Shown one piece after another: positions 27,385-37,690 of a stretch of DNA of 64,000 bases. The stretch's first letter is position 1; each line of letters starts with the position of its first letter. The stretch spans positions 62,001-126,000 of the IMG/VR virus record IMGVR_UViG_3300031933_000215; one strand, given 5' to 3'. The notes beneath the pieces were generated by a model. That model had not been told where the DNA came from, did no database searches, and saw only the letters and a list, made by a program, of their open reading frames with translations. The translations under genes were made by a program, and so were the position numbers.

Positions 27385-28746
27385 ATGAGTCTACTGAAAC
27401 AATACCTGTCCATGGAACAGCACAGCGAAGCGCCGGCGGACAGCGAAGACCAGCCCATCGAAGTTCCTGAAGTGGAGCCGGTGACTGAAGAAGAAGAGTA
27501 CGAGGCGGAAGAAGTGCTCGAAGAAGTCGAACATGATCAGCGTACTGAAGATCATGAAAGCAGTCGTCGTGAAGCGTTCATTGAGGAAGCCGAAGAGGCA
27601 ATGGAATCTCTGGAAAACTTCCACGACATTCTGAGTCATGGTCTGGAGAACAACCAGTATTCCCCGCAATTTGCGGCCGTGGTCAGTTCTTCTTTGGAAA
27701 GCTACAAGGATGTTCTGGGCCTTGAACATTTTGAACTCGGTCTGGAAAACTACAACAGTGGTAACTTGGAAGAGTTTTACACCGTGGCGCTGGAAGCAAC
27801 CACCGAAGCGGCGTACCGCATCGGCCATGCCCCCGAGCAGATTATCAGTGCGCTGGTCGACAAGTTCATGGGCGACAAGGCCATCAACAAACGCCGGAAC
27901 GCTGCCAAAGCGATCAACAAGAAAGCTGACGCGGTCTTGGAGAAACTGTCCGGCGCCGGTTCTTCTGAGACAGTAACTATCTCAATCAAAGGGGTTAATA
28001 AGAAATTGTCTCAAGGCGGTTCCTTCCCCGGGAACCTGGTCAACGCAGTTAAGCAAGACCAGAAGTCCGTTGAATTCCTCCTGGGTAAGTATGCACCCGC
28101 CTCCATTACTCGCCAGCAGGAAATCGTCAAAGCGATGATGGAAGGGGTTAAAGACATCCGTTCCAAGAAGGGCGAAGAAGCATCCAAGCGCGCGTCGAAA
28201 TTTGCAACCGAACCAACTCCTGAGTCGAAGATCCCGGCTGGTATTAAGGACGGTTCCACATTGTTGGGTGGCGTCAAGCTTGCAGTTCCGTCGGTCGAGA
28301 AAGGCGAAGATACCGCTGCGACACTTCTTGCCGAAGCCAAAGCAGGCAAGATCAAGTTTGAAAGCATCGGTAAGGTCGGCGATCTCCCTACGGAAGTTGA
28401 GCTGAAGGTGAGTGAAGTCCGGACCCTCCTCACTACCGCCAAGGCGTACGCGGTTATTATTGAGAAATCCGGAGATGATCTCGGTGCGAAACTGAAATCT
28501 GGTGTTAAAGCCAGCTCCATGCAAAAGCGCTACACCAAGCATGAGGGTGACTGGTTCGTCAAGGTGTTCCGTAAGAACAAGGACATCCAGGCACTCCGTA
28601 AACTATCGATCAGCTACGGCAAGGTCGGCATCGGTGTGGCTAACGAGACGTTCGGTCACGCACATGACGTGGCCAAGTCACTCATCAAAATTGGTGAACG
28701 GGCTGCCAAGAAAGCGGGTAAGAAAGAAGAGAAGTCTGAAGATTAA
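27385..28746 (+). CDS. internal head protein, paralog of 25978..27291
   Basis: Multiple SME/SLE/GLE/ALE sites; TATG at 27322; SD GGAG. Confidence 0.8.
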   Translation: MSLLKQYLSMEQHSEAPADSEDQPIEVPEVEPVTEEEEYEAEEVLEEVEHDQRTEDHESSRREAFIEEAEEAMESLENFHDILSHGLENNQYSPQFAAVVSSSLESYKDVLGLEHFELGLENYNSGNLEEFYTVALEATTEAAYRIGHAPEQIISALVDKFMGDKAINKRRNAAKAINKKADAVLEKLSGAGSSETVTISIKGVNKKLSQGGSFPGNLVNAVKQDQKSVEFLLGKYAPASITRQQEIVKAMMEGVKDIRSKKGEEASKRASKFATEPTPESKIPAGIKDGSTLLGGVKLAVPSVEKGEDTAATLLAEAKAGKIKFESIGKVGDLPTEVELKVSEVRTLLTTAKAYAVIIEKSGDDLGAKLKSGVKASSMQKRYTKHEGDWFVKVFRKNKDIQALRKLSISYGKVGIGVANETFGHAHDVAKSLIKIGERAAKKAGKKEEKSED

Positions 28747-28770
28747 TCGACTTTCTTGAACGCTGATTAG

Positions 28771-28798
28771 AGGGCGCCTTCGGGCGCCCTTTATGACG
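28771..28798 (+). terminator. hairpin (cUUCGg) followed by TTATGACG
   Basis: AGGGCGCC-TTCG-GGCGCCCT. Confidence 0.8.
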
Positions 28799-28845
28799 CG
28801 TCTGGCCGATGGTATGATTAAACTCACCAGCCAATGAGGTGGCCC

Positions 28846-30540
28846 ATGCCCCACGCATTGATCGCAATCCCAGACGTGTACGAATCGGTCACCCGGCGGG
28901 TGGCGGTCGCCGTCACCGAACAACTCGCACGCATTATGCGCCTTCCTGGGGAGACTCAGGTTTATTTACCCGGCAACACCGAATCGGTTCCGATGAACGG
29001 CGGTAGCTTTGGGAACTGCACCGACACGGGGGTTCGTTTCCCAGCCGAATCGCGACTGGTGGTTCGGTTTAATGAAGAGGTGGACGAAAACACCACGCTC
29101 TTGACGCAAGTGAACAAACCCGAGTACCCGCCCCTGTTTCACGACCAAGAACGAGACATTGTGTTCCGACCGGTGTATCGGTACGTGTCGCTGATCGTGT
29201 CATTGGAGTACAACGCCCCGAACGTGACGTTGGCTCAGCGGTGGGTGGATGAGATGCGTTCCCGGATCTCCATGGGACGCGCTGAGCTCTATCAGGACCT
29301 CGAATACCACTACGCCTTCCCAGTCCCCGTCTTGCACCTGTTATCCCACCTACACGAGACGAGAGAGACGTCTGAGGTACCCACCGGACAATCGTTCGAG
29401 GATTACCTTAAAGAACACCTGATGGTGCCCACGACCGTGGCGGACACACTGACCAATACCTCGCCGACTCGGGTGGTTCAGGAACACCAGCACGAAGTGT
29501 TGGGGTGGTTCGATTTCACCACCACTCCACCAACGCCTGAAGCGCAAGAACAGGGAAACTACCAAAGCACGATCACCTACACCTTACAGTACAACCGTCC
29601 CATGCAGGTGTACTGCCGATGGCCCATGCTGGTACACAACAAGGCCATCGGGAAAAAGTACCGCCCGGAAGTGCCGTACCAAACGTTCCGTCGGTTGGAT
29701 CGGAAAGTCAGTACCACCAAAGGCAGTTTCGATGGCCTGCTGGACTTGATTCGTCGAGACAACATTCCGTACATTCAGTATCCGGAAATCGATGACTGGG
29801 TGCCGGCAACCCAACCCAAGGGCCGACTGACGTTCTTTACCGGGCTGCTGCAATTGAAGAAGAAAGACCGGACGACGTTGTTGGATTTGTCCAACATGGG
29901 GAACATGGCGTTCACGCCGTACTTCCTGGAGTACTTCTACCACATGGGCGATCGCCTGTTCGAGCGGAATCAGGTGTTTGAGTTCCGACTGTACGAAAAC
30001 CACCGCTGGCGGACCGACGTTCAACTGAAGATGAAACCCGGCACGGTTACAATTGAAACCGACCGACCGCTGGACTTGGAAAAGTATTACCACATCCAGA
30101 TCTCCATTGTAAGAAATTGGCTGCTATTGCCGTACGAAAACATCGAACATCTGAGAAGATACCCTACTGTCCTGTACAATACGTTGAAGGCACTTGGGGT
30201 TCCATTGGCGAATCGGGAGTATGACAAACTCCCGGTGGTCGGCAGTGGGTCCAAGCGGTATGACAACCCCGACTACCCTGGCGAAGGCACCACCCTGAAA
30301 GACCCGTCCGAAGGGGGTGAATGGCCATGGCCGTGGCTGAACACTGAGTGGGGTGAGATTCCGTGGGAAGGTGGTGACTGGGAAAGCCCATACCACACCG
30401 GGGTCGTCAAGACCAACGACCTGCGTGATGCGGTTGAGTTGACCGATAACCGGGCGGGTGAACCGATCGACCGGGAGCGTATTGGCCCACTGACGGTTCT
30501 CTACGGTGAGATACTGGCATTAAAAGCGAACAAGAGGTAA
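28846..30540 (+). CDS. virion structural protein (phiKZ gp98-like)
   Basis: ATG 28846 with GAGGTG; TATG at 28813; synteny. Confidence 0.7.
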   Translation: MPHALIAIPDVYESVTRRVAVAVTEQLARIMRLPGETQVYLPGNTESVPMNGGSFGNCTDTGVRFPAESRLVVRFNEEVDENTTLLTQVNKPEYPPLFHDQERDIVFRPVYRYVSLIVSLEYNAPNVTLAQRWVDEMRSRISMGRAELYQDLEYHYAFPVPVLHLLSHLHETRETSEVPTGQSFEDYLKEHLMVPTTVADTLTNTSPTRVVQEHQHEVLGWFDFTTTPPTPEAQEQGNYQSTITYTLQYNRPMQVYCRWPMLVHNKAIGKKYRPEVPYQTFRRLDRKVSTTKGSFDGLLDLIRRDNIPYIQYPEIDDWVPATQPKGRLTFFTGLLQLKKKDRTTLLDLSNMGNMAFTPYFLEYFYHMGDRLFERNQVFEFRLYENHRWRTDVQLKMKPGTVTIETDRPLDLEKYYHIQISIVRNWLLLPYENIEHLRRYPTVLYNTLKALGVPLANREYDKLPVVGSGSKRYDNPDYPGEGTTLKDPSEGGEWPWPWLNTEWGEIPWEGGDWESPYHTGVVKTNDLRDAVELTDNRAGEPIDRERIGPLTVLYGEILALKANKR

Positions 30541-30546
30541 TGACCC

Positions 30547-31947
30547 ATGGCATTGTTTGATGACGAGCAGGAGCCATCGACTCCGGCTCCACCACCAACC
30601 GTGAAACCCAAGATCGAGCCCAAGACGTTCGATGGGATCACGGTGGATACCAAGTACACACCCAGCTCAGCCCTGTTGACGTGGGTGGAAGGGTCCAACT
30701 GGACCGTGGATTATTTCTCACAGGTACTGGGGGCGGACAACGAACCGACCGCTCAGGACCTGCATCGTGAACCGATCTACCAACAGTACCGTCGCCTCAA
30801 AGCGATGGACCTGAAGGTCACCACCCCCTTGAGTTTCAGTCAAGACCCCAGCCTGAAAACTATGGACGTGCGGGGCAGTGGTATCACCTACCCGTTCTTG
30901 GTTCCGAACAAAGGGGACATGTTCGTTGCGGACATTGGTGATGGACGCATTGGTGCGTTCACGGTCACCGAAGCGACCCGCGCCACCATCTTGAAAGACT
31001 CGGTGTACAACATCGAGTACGCCTTGGTGGCTGAACTGGACAACCAGCGACTGGCGGATCTGGAACGCAAAACCATTGAGACGTACCACTACTCACAGGC
31101 GTCGTTGATCAGTGGGTGCGGACCGTTCGTTACGGGGGAAGAGAAAGCCCGGTCAGAACGGTACCATGAAATTTACCGGGAGTTGATCAAGCGGTATTTG
31201 ACGGATTTCTTCAGCACTGAACACAGTACTTTGTTGGTTCCTGACCAGTTGCGTAAGACGTACGACCACTTTGTCACCCGGGCGGTGTTGCAGTCCGTGG
31301 ACACGTCACTGGATTCTCGCCTGCGTCGAGTACGGGAGATGAACGTCTCAGCTGAGCCGGTGATGAAACAACCCACGGTGTGGGATGCGATCCTGCGCAT
31401 GGACGACACCCGTTTGTACGGCGCTACCCAGAAGGCCGACCTGGTCACCACCACGTACTTTAAAGGCCGTCCGACGCTACAGGCGTTGGGGTACACGGGC
31501 ATTGATCGACTGGTCTTCCCGATTGACGTGGCCACCGACGTGGACACGCAGTACGACACCCGATACGAAGACCGCGCGGGGTTGCCGTTCCGGGAAGGCC
31601 GTCCCCGTCGTCCGTTACCGGGTGAGCCCAAGACGCAAGCGGAACGCAAGCTACGGTACTTTGAACCCACCCCCATGATGGAAGGCGTGGACCCGTGGCG
31701 CTTACCGCCGGATATTCACCCGGTGGTGAAAGACGAGTACTACGTATTCAGTGAAGCCTTCTACGAGGACGATCGGGACCAACAATCCAAATTGGAACTG
31801 TTGGTTGGTCAGGCGATCCGACGCGAGGCCCTCAACCTCGAAGCCTTGGATGGTCTACTGACCCACATTTACGATTGGGACAACCTGGAACGGTTCTACT
31901 ACTACCCGGCGGTGTGGTGTCTACTGAAACGCGCGGGAGCGAGGTAA
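30547..31947 (+). CDS. virion structural protein (phiKZ gp99-like)
   Basis: 466 aa; EGS.W.VDYF, PNKGDMFVADIGDG; synteny. Confidence 0.7.
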   Translation: MALFDDEQEPSTPAPPPTVKPKIEPKTFDGITVDTKYTPSSALLTWVEGSNWTVDYFSQVLGADNEPTAQDLHREPIYQQYRRLKAMDLKVTTPLSFSQDPSLKTMDVRGSGITYPFLVPNKGDMFVADIGDGRIGAFTVTEATRATILKDSVYNIEYALVAELDNQRLADLERKTIETYHYSQASLISGCGPFVTGEEKARSERYHEIYRELIKRYLTDFFSTEHSTLLVPDQLRKTYDHFVTRAVLQSVDTSLDSRLRRVREMNVSAEPVMKQPTVWDAILRMDDTRLYGATQKADLVTTTYFKGRPTLQALGYTGIDRLVFPIDVATDVDTQYDTRYEDRAGLPFREGRPRRPLPGEPKTQAERKLRYFEPTPMMEGVDPWRLPPDIHPVVKDEYYVFSEAFYEDDRDQQSKLELLVGQAIRREALNLEALDGLLTHIYDWDNLERFYYYPAVWCLLKRAGAR

Positions 31948-31950
31948 ACT

Positions 31951-32538
31951 ATGGCACGGGAAAAGAAACCCAAGACGGCCGCGTACCGGCTGTTCCATTT
32001 CAAATACGAAATGCGGATTCCGCAGATCTTCATGTACGGCATGGATTACCTGGAGAAGAACGGGTACCATGTCAGTGGGGACGTGGCGCTGGACCGACAA
32101 CGGTTGATGGAGCCGTCGGTGATGCGCCAAACCGCCGCTGGTTTGGCCATGTTGCACGACGAAGGGGCACCCATCGACTTTGTGAATGAGCGGGACGCAG
32201 TGGATGTGTACGAAGACATTCAGGAGCACCTACATGACTGGGAGCGGGTCGCGGTTCAGGGCATTCACCCGGACGACGCGCCATCCATTGAAGAATTCCG
32301 CCAGCTCGAAGCGGTGGCCTCGGCGTTGTACACCACGTCCAAGTTCTACGAGCCGGACGAGTCTTCCGGTGACCCGCTGCGCGATCGTTTGATGATGATG
32401 AACCGCCGACGCAACCCGGTCCGCACCGAGCGGTACCTTCGTGACAAGATCACCACGGAGAAAGGGGAATTGAAACCCTACGTCTCGATCGTGGATCGAA
32501 TTGAGCGGGCCTTGGTGGAGAATAACCCATGGGCGTAG
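31951..32538 (+). CDS. conserved protein (phiKZ gp100-like)
   Basis: 195 aa, SD GAGGT, coupled to neighbours. Confidence 0.7.
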   Translation: MAREKKPKTAAYRLFHFKYEMRIPQIFMYGMDYLEKNGYHVSGDVALDRQRLMEPSVMRQTAAGLAMLHDEGAPIDFVNERDAVDVYEDIQEHLHDWERVAVQGIHPDDAPSIEEFRQLEAVASALYTTSKFYEPDESSGDPLRDRLMMMNRRRNPVRTERYLRDKITTEKGELKPYVSIVDRIERALVENNPWA

Positions 32539-33887
32539 ATGCAACCTTATTGATGCGGGAGGTTCAGGCCATTGCCGATAAGGGCGATGGCTTGCAACAC
32601 TACCGACTGACCTGTCGGATTCGGGCGGGGAACCATTGGATGTCCCCCATGCGACTGACACATTTCTCACTGGAACGGGACTACGAGTCCGCCAATGGCG
32701 ACGGTGTCAGTTTGGAACTCCAAATGGGTCGCGGGGAATACACGTACCGTATCGTGCCTAACCGGGACGAGCTGTGGGTGGATCTGACCGCCACACCCCT
32801 GTACGAGAACTCCGACATTCAGCGTGGTGATAAAGGCAGTAACACCCGCCGCTACCGAGCGATTCTCGTGGACCAAGAAGACGACGCCGTGACGGGTCGC
32901 TCGCCTCAAGCCGGCTCGGAGGAAGACCTCAATCGATCCAGCCCTAAGGTAGTCCACTTGCAGTTGATGGACGAAGGGTTCTACCAATCACGTATGGTGA
33001 GTGTGGGTCGGAACTACCGGAAGATTCCACCGGCACAGGCACTCCGTTCATTGTTGACCGAAACCCGGAGTCTGGTGACTGGGAAGGACCAGCAAAAGAT
33101 CCGAGGGGCGGATCTGGTGGAGGGGTTCAACACCAAACCCCGAGAACAGATCGTCATACCCCATGGGACGCCGCTGCTGAAGGTTCCCAAGTTACTGCAA
33201 GAAGAGGAAGGGGGTATCTACCCCACTGGGTTGGGGTGTTATCTACAGGACGGTCTGTGGTACATCTACCCGTTGTATAACCTGGAACGGCATAAGAAGG
33301 ACCCCCGGGTCCTGACGGTGTTGAATGTCCCTCCCAACCGGTACCACGGTGCCGAGCGAACCTTTCGGAAAACCAAGAACCAAGTGGTGGTGGTGGCTAC
33401 TGGGAACATGGCGGGCTACGACACAGGTCTGTACGGTCAGTTGAACGAAGGCAACGCCATGCGGTTCATGGACGCGGACCAGCTACTGAACCCGGTGGAG
33501 CATGGCGACAACAAAGCCATTGCTCGTCGTCAGGACAACATGTTCGAATTCGAAGGGGCAAAGCTGAAGTCCGGTTTCTCCAACGCGCGTTGGGCACCGG
33601 AGCGGGCGACCTCCAACCCGTTCAAGTACTACAGCAAACTGGCCCACCGGAAAGGTCGTTACGTGTTGGTTCAGTGGCAGCACGGGGATTCGTCGCTGTT
33701 GTACCCTGGAATGCCTGTGAAATTTTTAACTAACGCCAACAATGAGTTGAAGACACTCCACGGTGTGTTGGTTGGGGTCCATGAACAACGGATGGCCCAA
33801 GAGCCCGGTCCGGTCAACAGTCGGTACCCGGCGATCATCACGCTGAAACTCTTTTTGGAACGCGAGGAAACGCGACCACAACAGTAA
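32529..33887 (+). CDS. virion structural protein, probable baseplate hub (phiKZ gp101-like)
   Basis: 452 aa; GGIYPTGLGCY.Q...WYIYPLY, LLYPGMPVK; synteny. Confidence 0.7.
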   Translation: MGVDATLLMREVQAIADKGDGLQHYRLTCRIRAGNHWMSPMRLTHFSLERDYESANGDGVSLELQMGRGEYTYRIVPNRDELWVDLTATPLYENSDIQRGDKGSNTRRYRAILVDQEDDAVTGRSPQAGSEEDLNRSSPKVVHLQLMDEGFYQSRMVSVGRNYRKIPPAQALRSLLTETRSLVTGKDQQKIRGADLVEGFNTKPREQIVIPHGTPLLKVPKLLQEEEGGIYPTGLGCYLQDGLWYIYPLYNLERHKKDPRVLTVLNVPPNRYHGAERTFRKTKNQVVVVATGNMAGYDTGLYGQLNEGNAMRFMDADQLLNPVEHGDNKAIARRQDNMFEFEGAKLKSGFSNARWAPERATSNPFKYYSKLAHRKGRYVLVQWQHGDSSLLYPGMPVKFLTNANNELKTLHGVLVGVHEQRMAQEPGPVNSRYPAIITLKLFLEREETRPQQ

Positions 33888-33897
33888 GGTGCGGTAG

Positions 33898-34170
33898 ATG
33901 TTCAATAAAAAACAACGAATCATTGACCAGCTTCGGATGGAGCTGTCCATGTCCGAACAGTCCTTGAGTGCCCTGCGGGAGCAACGGGACAAAATGGTAG
34001 CGGAGATGTTCCAGAAAGATAAGAAAGTGGAATACCTGCAAGGCGAGTTGGTCAGTGCTCGGCGTGACGTGGATTCCCTGCGTGGCCGCATTGGTCAACT
34101 GCAGGACCGTCGTTGGTTCAAGAAACCCCAGTTGTCCGGATTGAAACGGTTGATCGGTCGTCAACACTAA
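33898..34170 (+). CDS. small coiled-coil protein
   Basis: 90 aa heptad pattern. Confidence 0.65.
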   Translation: MFNKKQRIIDQLRMELSMSEQSLSALREQRDKMVAEMFQKDKKVEYLQGELVSARRDVDSLRGRIGQLQDRRWFKKPQLSGLKRLIGRQH

Positions 34171-34179
34171 GGAGGGTGC

Positions 34180-34545
34180 ATGCGTTGCTTCATTGCCAAC
34201 GAACGCACCGCCTTGGACGACATGTGGCAACGGCTTTCTAAGGACTACTACATCGACCCCGACTTGACCCTCATGCTGGTGGAGTCACTCGGGTCGTATT
34301 TGTACATCCGGTGGTATTTGGAACAACGCAACGAGGCGCACCACATCGACGTCTATCTGGACGACCTGATGGAAGCGGCGTTGTTGACTCATATTCCAAG
34401 GAATCAGATCCTGGCGTGTTGGGACCAAATCTACCGAGCGGTTCATTCGTCATTGTGGGAGTTCCACCAGAAAGCGGGAACGATACGTGGCGTGAACCCC
34501 CTCTTGGAAAACCACCACTTGTTGGGGTTAATGGTGTTCTCATAG
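34180..34545 (+). CDS. hypothetical protein, possibly a distant paralog of the next two genes
   Basis: SD AAGGAGG; similar length and layout (MR.F(F/I)...W...L). Confidence 0.7.
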   Translation: MRCFIANERTALDDMWQRLSKDYYIDPDLTLMLVESLGSYLYIRWYLEQRNEAHHIDVYLDDLMEAALLTHIPRNQILACWDQIYRAVHSSLWEFHQKAGTIRGVNPLLENHHLLGLMVFS

Positions 34546-34576
34546 ATGGGGTCCCCAAGGGACCTCGTTTATGACG
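34541..34576 (+). terminator. hairpin followed by TTATGACG
   Basis: CATAGATGGGGTCCC-caa-GGGACCTCGTTTATG (with G-U pairs). Confidence 0.65.
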
Positions 34577-34595
34577 AATCCAGTGTCCGTTACAT

Positions 34596-34614
34596 CTATA
34601 TCACCCTAATGAAT
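34596..34614 (+). promoter_or_regulatory. putative early promoter
   Basis: CTATATCAC-cctaa-TGAAT. Confidence 0.75.
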
Positions 34615-34636
34615 CGACCCACAGTAAGGCAGAGTC

Positions 34637-35035
34637 ATGCGCACGTTTTTCATTCATGTTGATCCAGTCATGTGGACCAACCACTTCCTTCCGGCGTTTT
34701 GTGAACAACTGGAGGATGCTCCGGATACCGTGGACTGTTTGATCGGGATCGTCCGGGAATACGTCTTGTTCCGTCACGAGACCACCAACAACATCTTAGA
34801 GGGCGTTGTCGATGGGGCTCAGGAAACGCCCGAGGAAATCACAACGTTGGTCTTGGACAACGAGAACATCACGTACGTGGACATCCCACATTTCGCCACA
34901 CTGTTGGAAGATCTGTATCGATCCATTTACACATCCCTGGCACAGGCTGGCCCTGCGGAAGGTTTCCGGAACTTCCAGACCCATCAAAGCGACACGGTCT
35001 TGACGGGGTTCAGCGGGTGTCAGGTATTACAGTGA
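34637..35035 (+). CDS. acidic hypothetical protein, paralog of 35045..35458
   Basis: FFIH.D...W..H.LP.F...LE..PD..DC shared. Confidence 0.75.
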   Translation: MRTFFIHVDPVMWTNHFLPAFCEQLEDAPDTVDCLIGIVREYVLFRHETTNNILEGVVDGAQETPEEITTLVLDNENITYVDIPHFATLLEDLYRSIYTSLAQAGPAEGFRNFQTHQSDTVLTGFSGCQVLQ

Positions 35036-35044
35036 GGTAACCCC

Positions 35045-35458
35045 ATGAATCGGTTTTTCATTCACGCCGACCGGCGGTTGTGGGAGGATCATTTGCTCCC
35101 CGGCTTCTTCACCCATTTGGAGTTGTCTCCGGATTTCATTGATTGTGTCATGGCGGCAATCGAGCATTACATCAACTTCCGGTTTTCACCGGACAATCTG
35201 GACATCATCGACAACCCCGAAGTCCGACACGCGTTGGTGTGTTCGATTCTCAACGACGAAGGTCTGATCGACGTGGACACTCACACGTTCACGGACCTGA
35301 TGGAATTGTTGTACTGCTCCATCCACCCCGATTTGAAAGACGTCCAACAGCGACACAATGTGTACTTTGTGGAGACTGAGTACGCAGGGACATCCTTGAT
35401 TGGATTCACCGGGGAAATCTTCAATAGAACCCAAATGACACCTATATCACCTACATGA
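35045..35458 (+). CDS. acidic hypothetical protein, paralog of 34637..35035
   Basis: SD GAGGT; shared motifs including LY.SI...L and L.GF.G. Confidence 0.75.
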   Translation: MNRFFIHADRRLWEDHLLPGFFTHLELSPDFIDCVMAAIEHYINFRFSPDNLDIIDNPEVRHALVCSILNDEGLIDVDTHTFTDLMELLYCSIHPDLKDVQQRHNVYFVETEYAGTSLIGFTGEIFNRTQMTPISPT

Positions 35459-35460
35459 AC
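35442..35460 (+). promoter_or_regulatory. putative early promoter
   Basis: CTATATCAC-ctaca-TGAAC. Confidence 0.7.
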
Positions 35461-35492
35461 AAAGCCACCTATATCCGAAGGAGGGTATCATC

Positions 35493-35912
35493 ATGGCTGC
35501 TTTCTTAATAGTACTGTTCATCTTTGTCATCATCGCCTTAGGGATGGCCAAACTGGTCGCGCCGTTCATGCGCCGACCGGAAGCCAAACCCAAAGCCGAA
35601 AAGCTCCCCACGAACCCTGAGATGCGGGCGTTGATTCTAACGCTGCGCAACGAAGGGTATTACGGTCGAACCCGGATGCGGGATGAAGACATCATCTACG
35701 TGGATAACCCGATCATCACCGAGATGCTTGAGGAGTTGGCCACCAAGTACGATCTACGGTGGAAACTTCCCATGTACCGACTCCGTGTACGGAAAGTGGG
35801 TAAACACATGCCTGAGTGGATCACAGAGCGTTTCACGCACGTTCTGATGACCCCCACCCATGCCATTGGCTTTACCCCAAAACCCAAAGAAGAAGAACCG
35901 GTCTATAGCTAG
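35493..35912 (+). CDS. protein with N-terminal membrane anchor
   Basis: SD AAGGAGG; AAFLIVLFIFVIIALGM hydrophobic stretch. Confidence 0.75.
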   Translation: MAAFLIVLFIFVIIALGMAKLVAPFMRRPEAKPKAEKLPTNPEMRALILTLRNEGYYGRTRMRDEDIIYVDNPIITEMLEELATKYDLRWKLPMYRLRVRKVGKHMPEWITERFTHVLMTPTHAIGFTPKPKEEEPVYS

Positions 35913-35936
35913 TGGGGCAAACGCCCCACTATGCCG
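35910..35936 (+). terminator. hairpin followed by TATGCCG
   Basis: TAGTGGGGC-aaac-GCCCCACTA then TGCCG; no U-tract. Confidence 0.65.
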
Positions 35937-35971
35937 TCTGCATAAATCGAAAGAATAACGAGGAAAGAACC

Positions 35972-36391
35972 ATGTTGACTATTCAAACTACCGACACCGC
36001 CAAGACCCTTGTTGAAGCCATGAAAAACGGTCGGTTCATGGACTGGGCGTTCAGCAAAGAAATCGAATTCTCCGGCATCACCGTCGAGGTGGATCACGAT
36101 ACCTTCTCGGGCGAGTACAAGCTCAAGCTGGTTAAGATGAACCGCCAGCGCATTCGTCCAGACGCGGACTTTATCCGCTCCAATGAAAGTCTGGTCGCAG
36201 CAACCATGATGTACCTGGAAATCCCAATCATGAAAGTGGGCCGGGAAATGGTGGTGTTGAACGAATCAACTCAAGAGCCGCGTTCCGAGGACGTAATCCA
36301 TAGCGGTCATCGCGAACGCGATTTCCGCTTTGTCTTCTCATTTGGTAAGAAGACCCCATGGCAGAATCTGGCCGACGAACTGACACAATAA
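35972..36391 (+). CDS. hypothetical protein
   Basis: ATG 35972 with GAGGA. Confidence 0.7.
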   Translation: MLTIQTTDTAKTLVEAMKNGRFMDWAFSKEIEFSGITVEVDHDTFSGEYKLKLVKMNRQRIRPDADFIRSNESLVAATMMYLEIPIMKVGREMVVLNESTQEPRSEDVIHSGHRERDFRFVFSFGKKTPWQNLADELTQ

Positions 36392-36428
36392 ACTAAAAAA
36401 AAACGAAAGAACGAAAAAGGAAAGGACG

Positions 36429-37649
36429 ATGAACAAGCAACGCAATGACGACAAACGAGAACTGTCCCCCAACGAATTGTTGCACCGCTTTGAACGCAGT
36501 AAGGTGGTGAAACAGTTGACCGAACGACTGGTGGTTAATGGCCTTTATTCTTCGGACGCTAAGGACCCAAAAAACCGGAGGGTCGTGGACATCACCCAGT
36601 TGGCGAAAGCTGGCGAAGACGTCGATCACGAAGTCTTGGGTAAAGAACTTCGCCACGTGTTTAATAACAACGATCGCATACGGCGGTTGGCGCGGGTCGG
36701 GATCGTTTACTTCAGACACTCCGACAAGATCGTCACCCCGGGAGCGTTCATACATTTAAAACCAGCCGGTGCTACCGTGCACACCACACTTGGCCTGATG
36801 ACGCGAATCAAAGAAACCGGTGAGGACGGATTCACCCATGCATTTTTGATGGAGCAGTTCTCCAAGATACCGAAGACCCAGACGGTGATCAGTTTCATCG
36901 TCAATAACAACCTGTACCACCTGGAATACCCAGGTGATCGGAAACTCATTCGACTCACAAACCTACAGTCAATCAGCTCGACGCGGTTTGCCCACGAAGA
37001 ACTGGTCGATGAGCTGAAGAATACGTTTGGAGATACTTACTACCGCGAATGTTTGGAAGCGGTTGGTATCACCTACTGTTCTGAAACCGGTTGGTTAACC
37101 ACCCCGGGCTGGCACATTGATTGTGAGGAACACCTGCTGGGTAAAACGACGTCGGAAAAACAGGCGGAACAAACGTCAGACGACGAGTCGTCAGAGCCCA
37201 CCGTCATGGATCTTCTCTCAAATAAAGGCGGTTACATTCAACGCCGCTGGGGCACCCGCCGTGTGTTCGCCCCCAACCGGGATGCACAGTCCTCCTTGGA
37301 TGACTCGACGCCCGCATCGATCGAACATACCGACACGTGTGCTCAATTCATTCGTGACATGATGCTTAAGAAATGGAAAATAAAATACGGTTCGGCGAAC
37401 GTGTACACACAGTGTTACCCTTTGGACGGCCCTCACCATGACTTAGTGCTGAGTGATCTACTGGAACAATTTTCCACCTTTCCAAACTATGCCCACACAT
37501 TGCTCGATTACGACATTGTTATTGGGTATGGTGGTCGAGCTGATGGTGGTGCGTATCGACTCATTGCTACCCTGATGTGCCCTGAAGGGAACGTCCAAGC
37601 CGAGTTCACTGCCAGCACGGTCTCGGCGTACGACCTCGACGCCCTGTAA
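36429..37649 (+). CDS. hypothetical protein, 406 aa
   Basis: Long ORF with AAGGA; no motif recognised. Confidence 0.7.
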   Translation: MNKQRNDDKRELSPNELLHRFERSKVVKQLTERLVVNGLYSSDAKDPKNRRVVDITQLAKAGEDVDHEVLGKELRHVFNNNDRIRRLARVGIVYFRHSDKIVTPGAFIHLKPAGATVHTTLGLMTRIKETGEDGFTHAFLMEQFSKIPKTQTVISFIVNNNLYHLEYPGDRKLIRLTNLQSISSTRFAHEELVDELKNTFGDTYYRECLEAVGITYCSETGWLTTPGWHIDCEEHLLGKTTSEKQAEQTSDDESSEPTVMDLLSNKGGYIQRRWGTRRVFAPNRDAQSSLDDSTPASIEHTDTCAQFIRDMMLKKWKIKYGSANVYTQCYPLDGPHHDLVLSDLLEQFSTFPNYAHTLLDYDIVIGYGGRADGGAYRLIATLMCPEGNVQAEFTASTVSAYDLDAL

Positions 37650-37690
37650 CACACCAACCCCATAAATTGAAAGAATAAAAGGTGACCATT

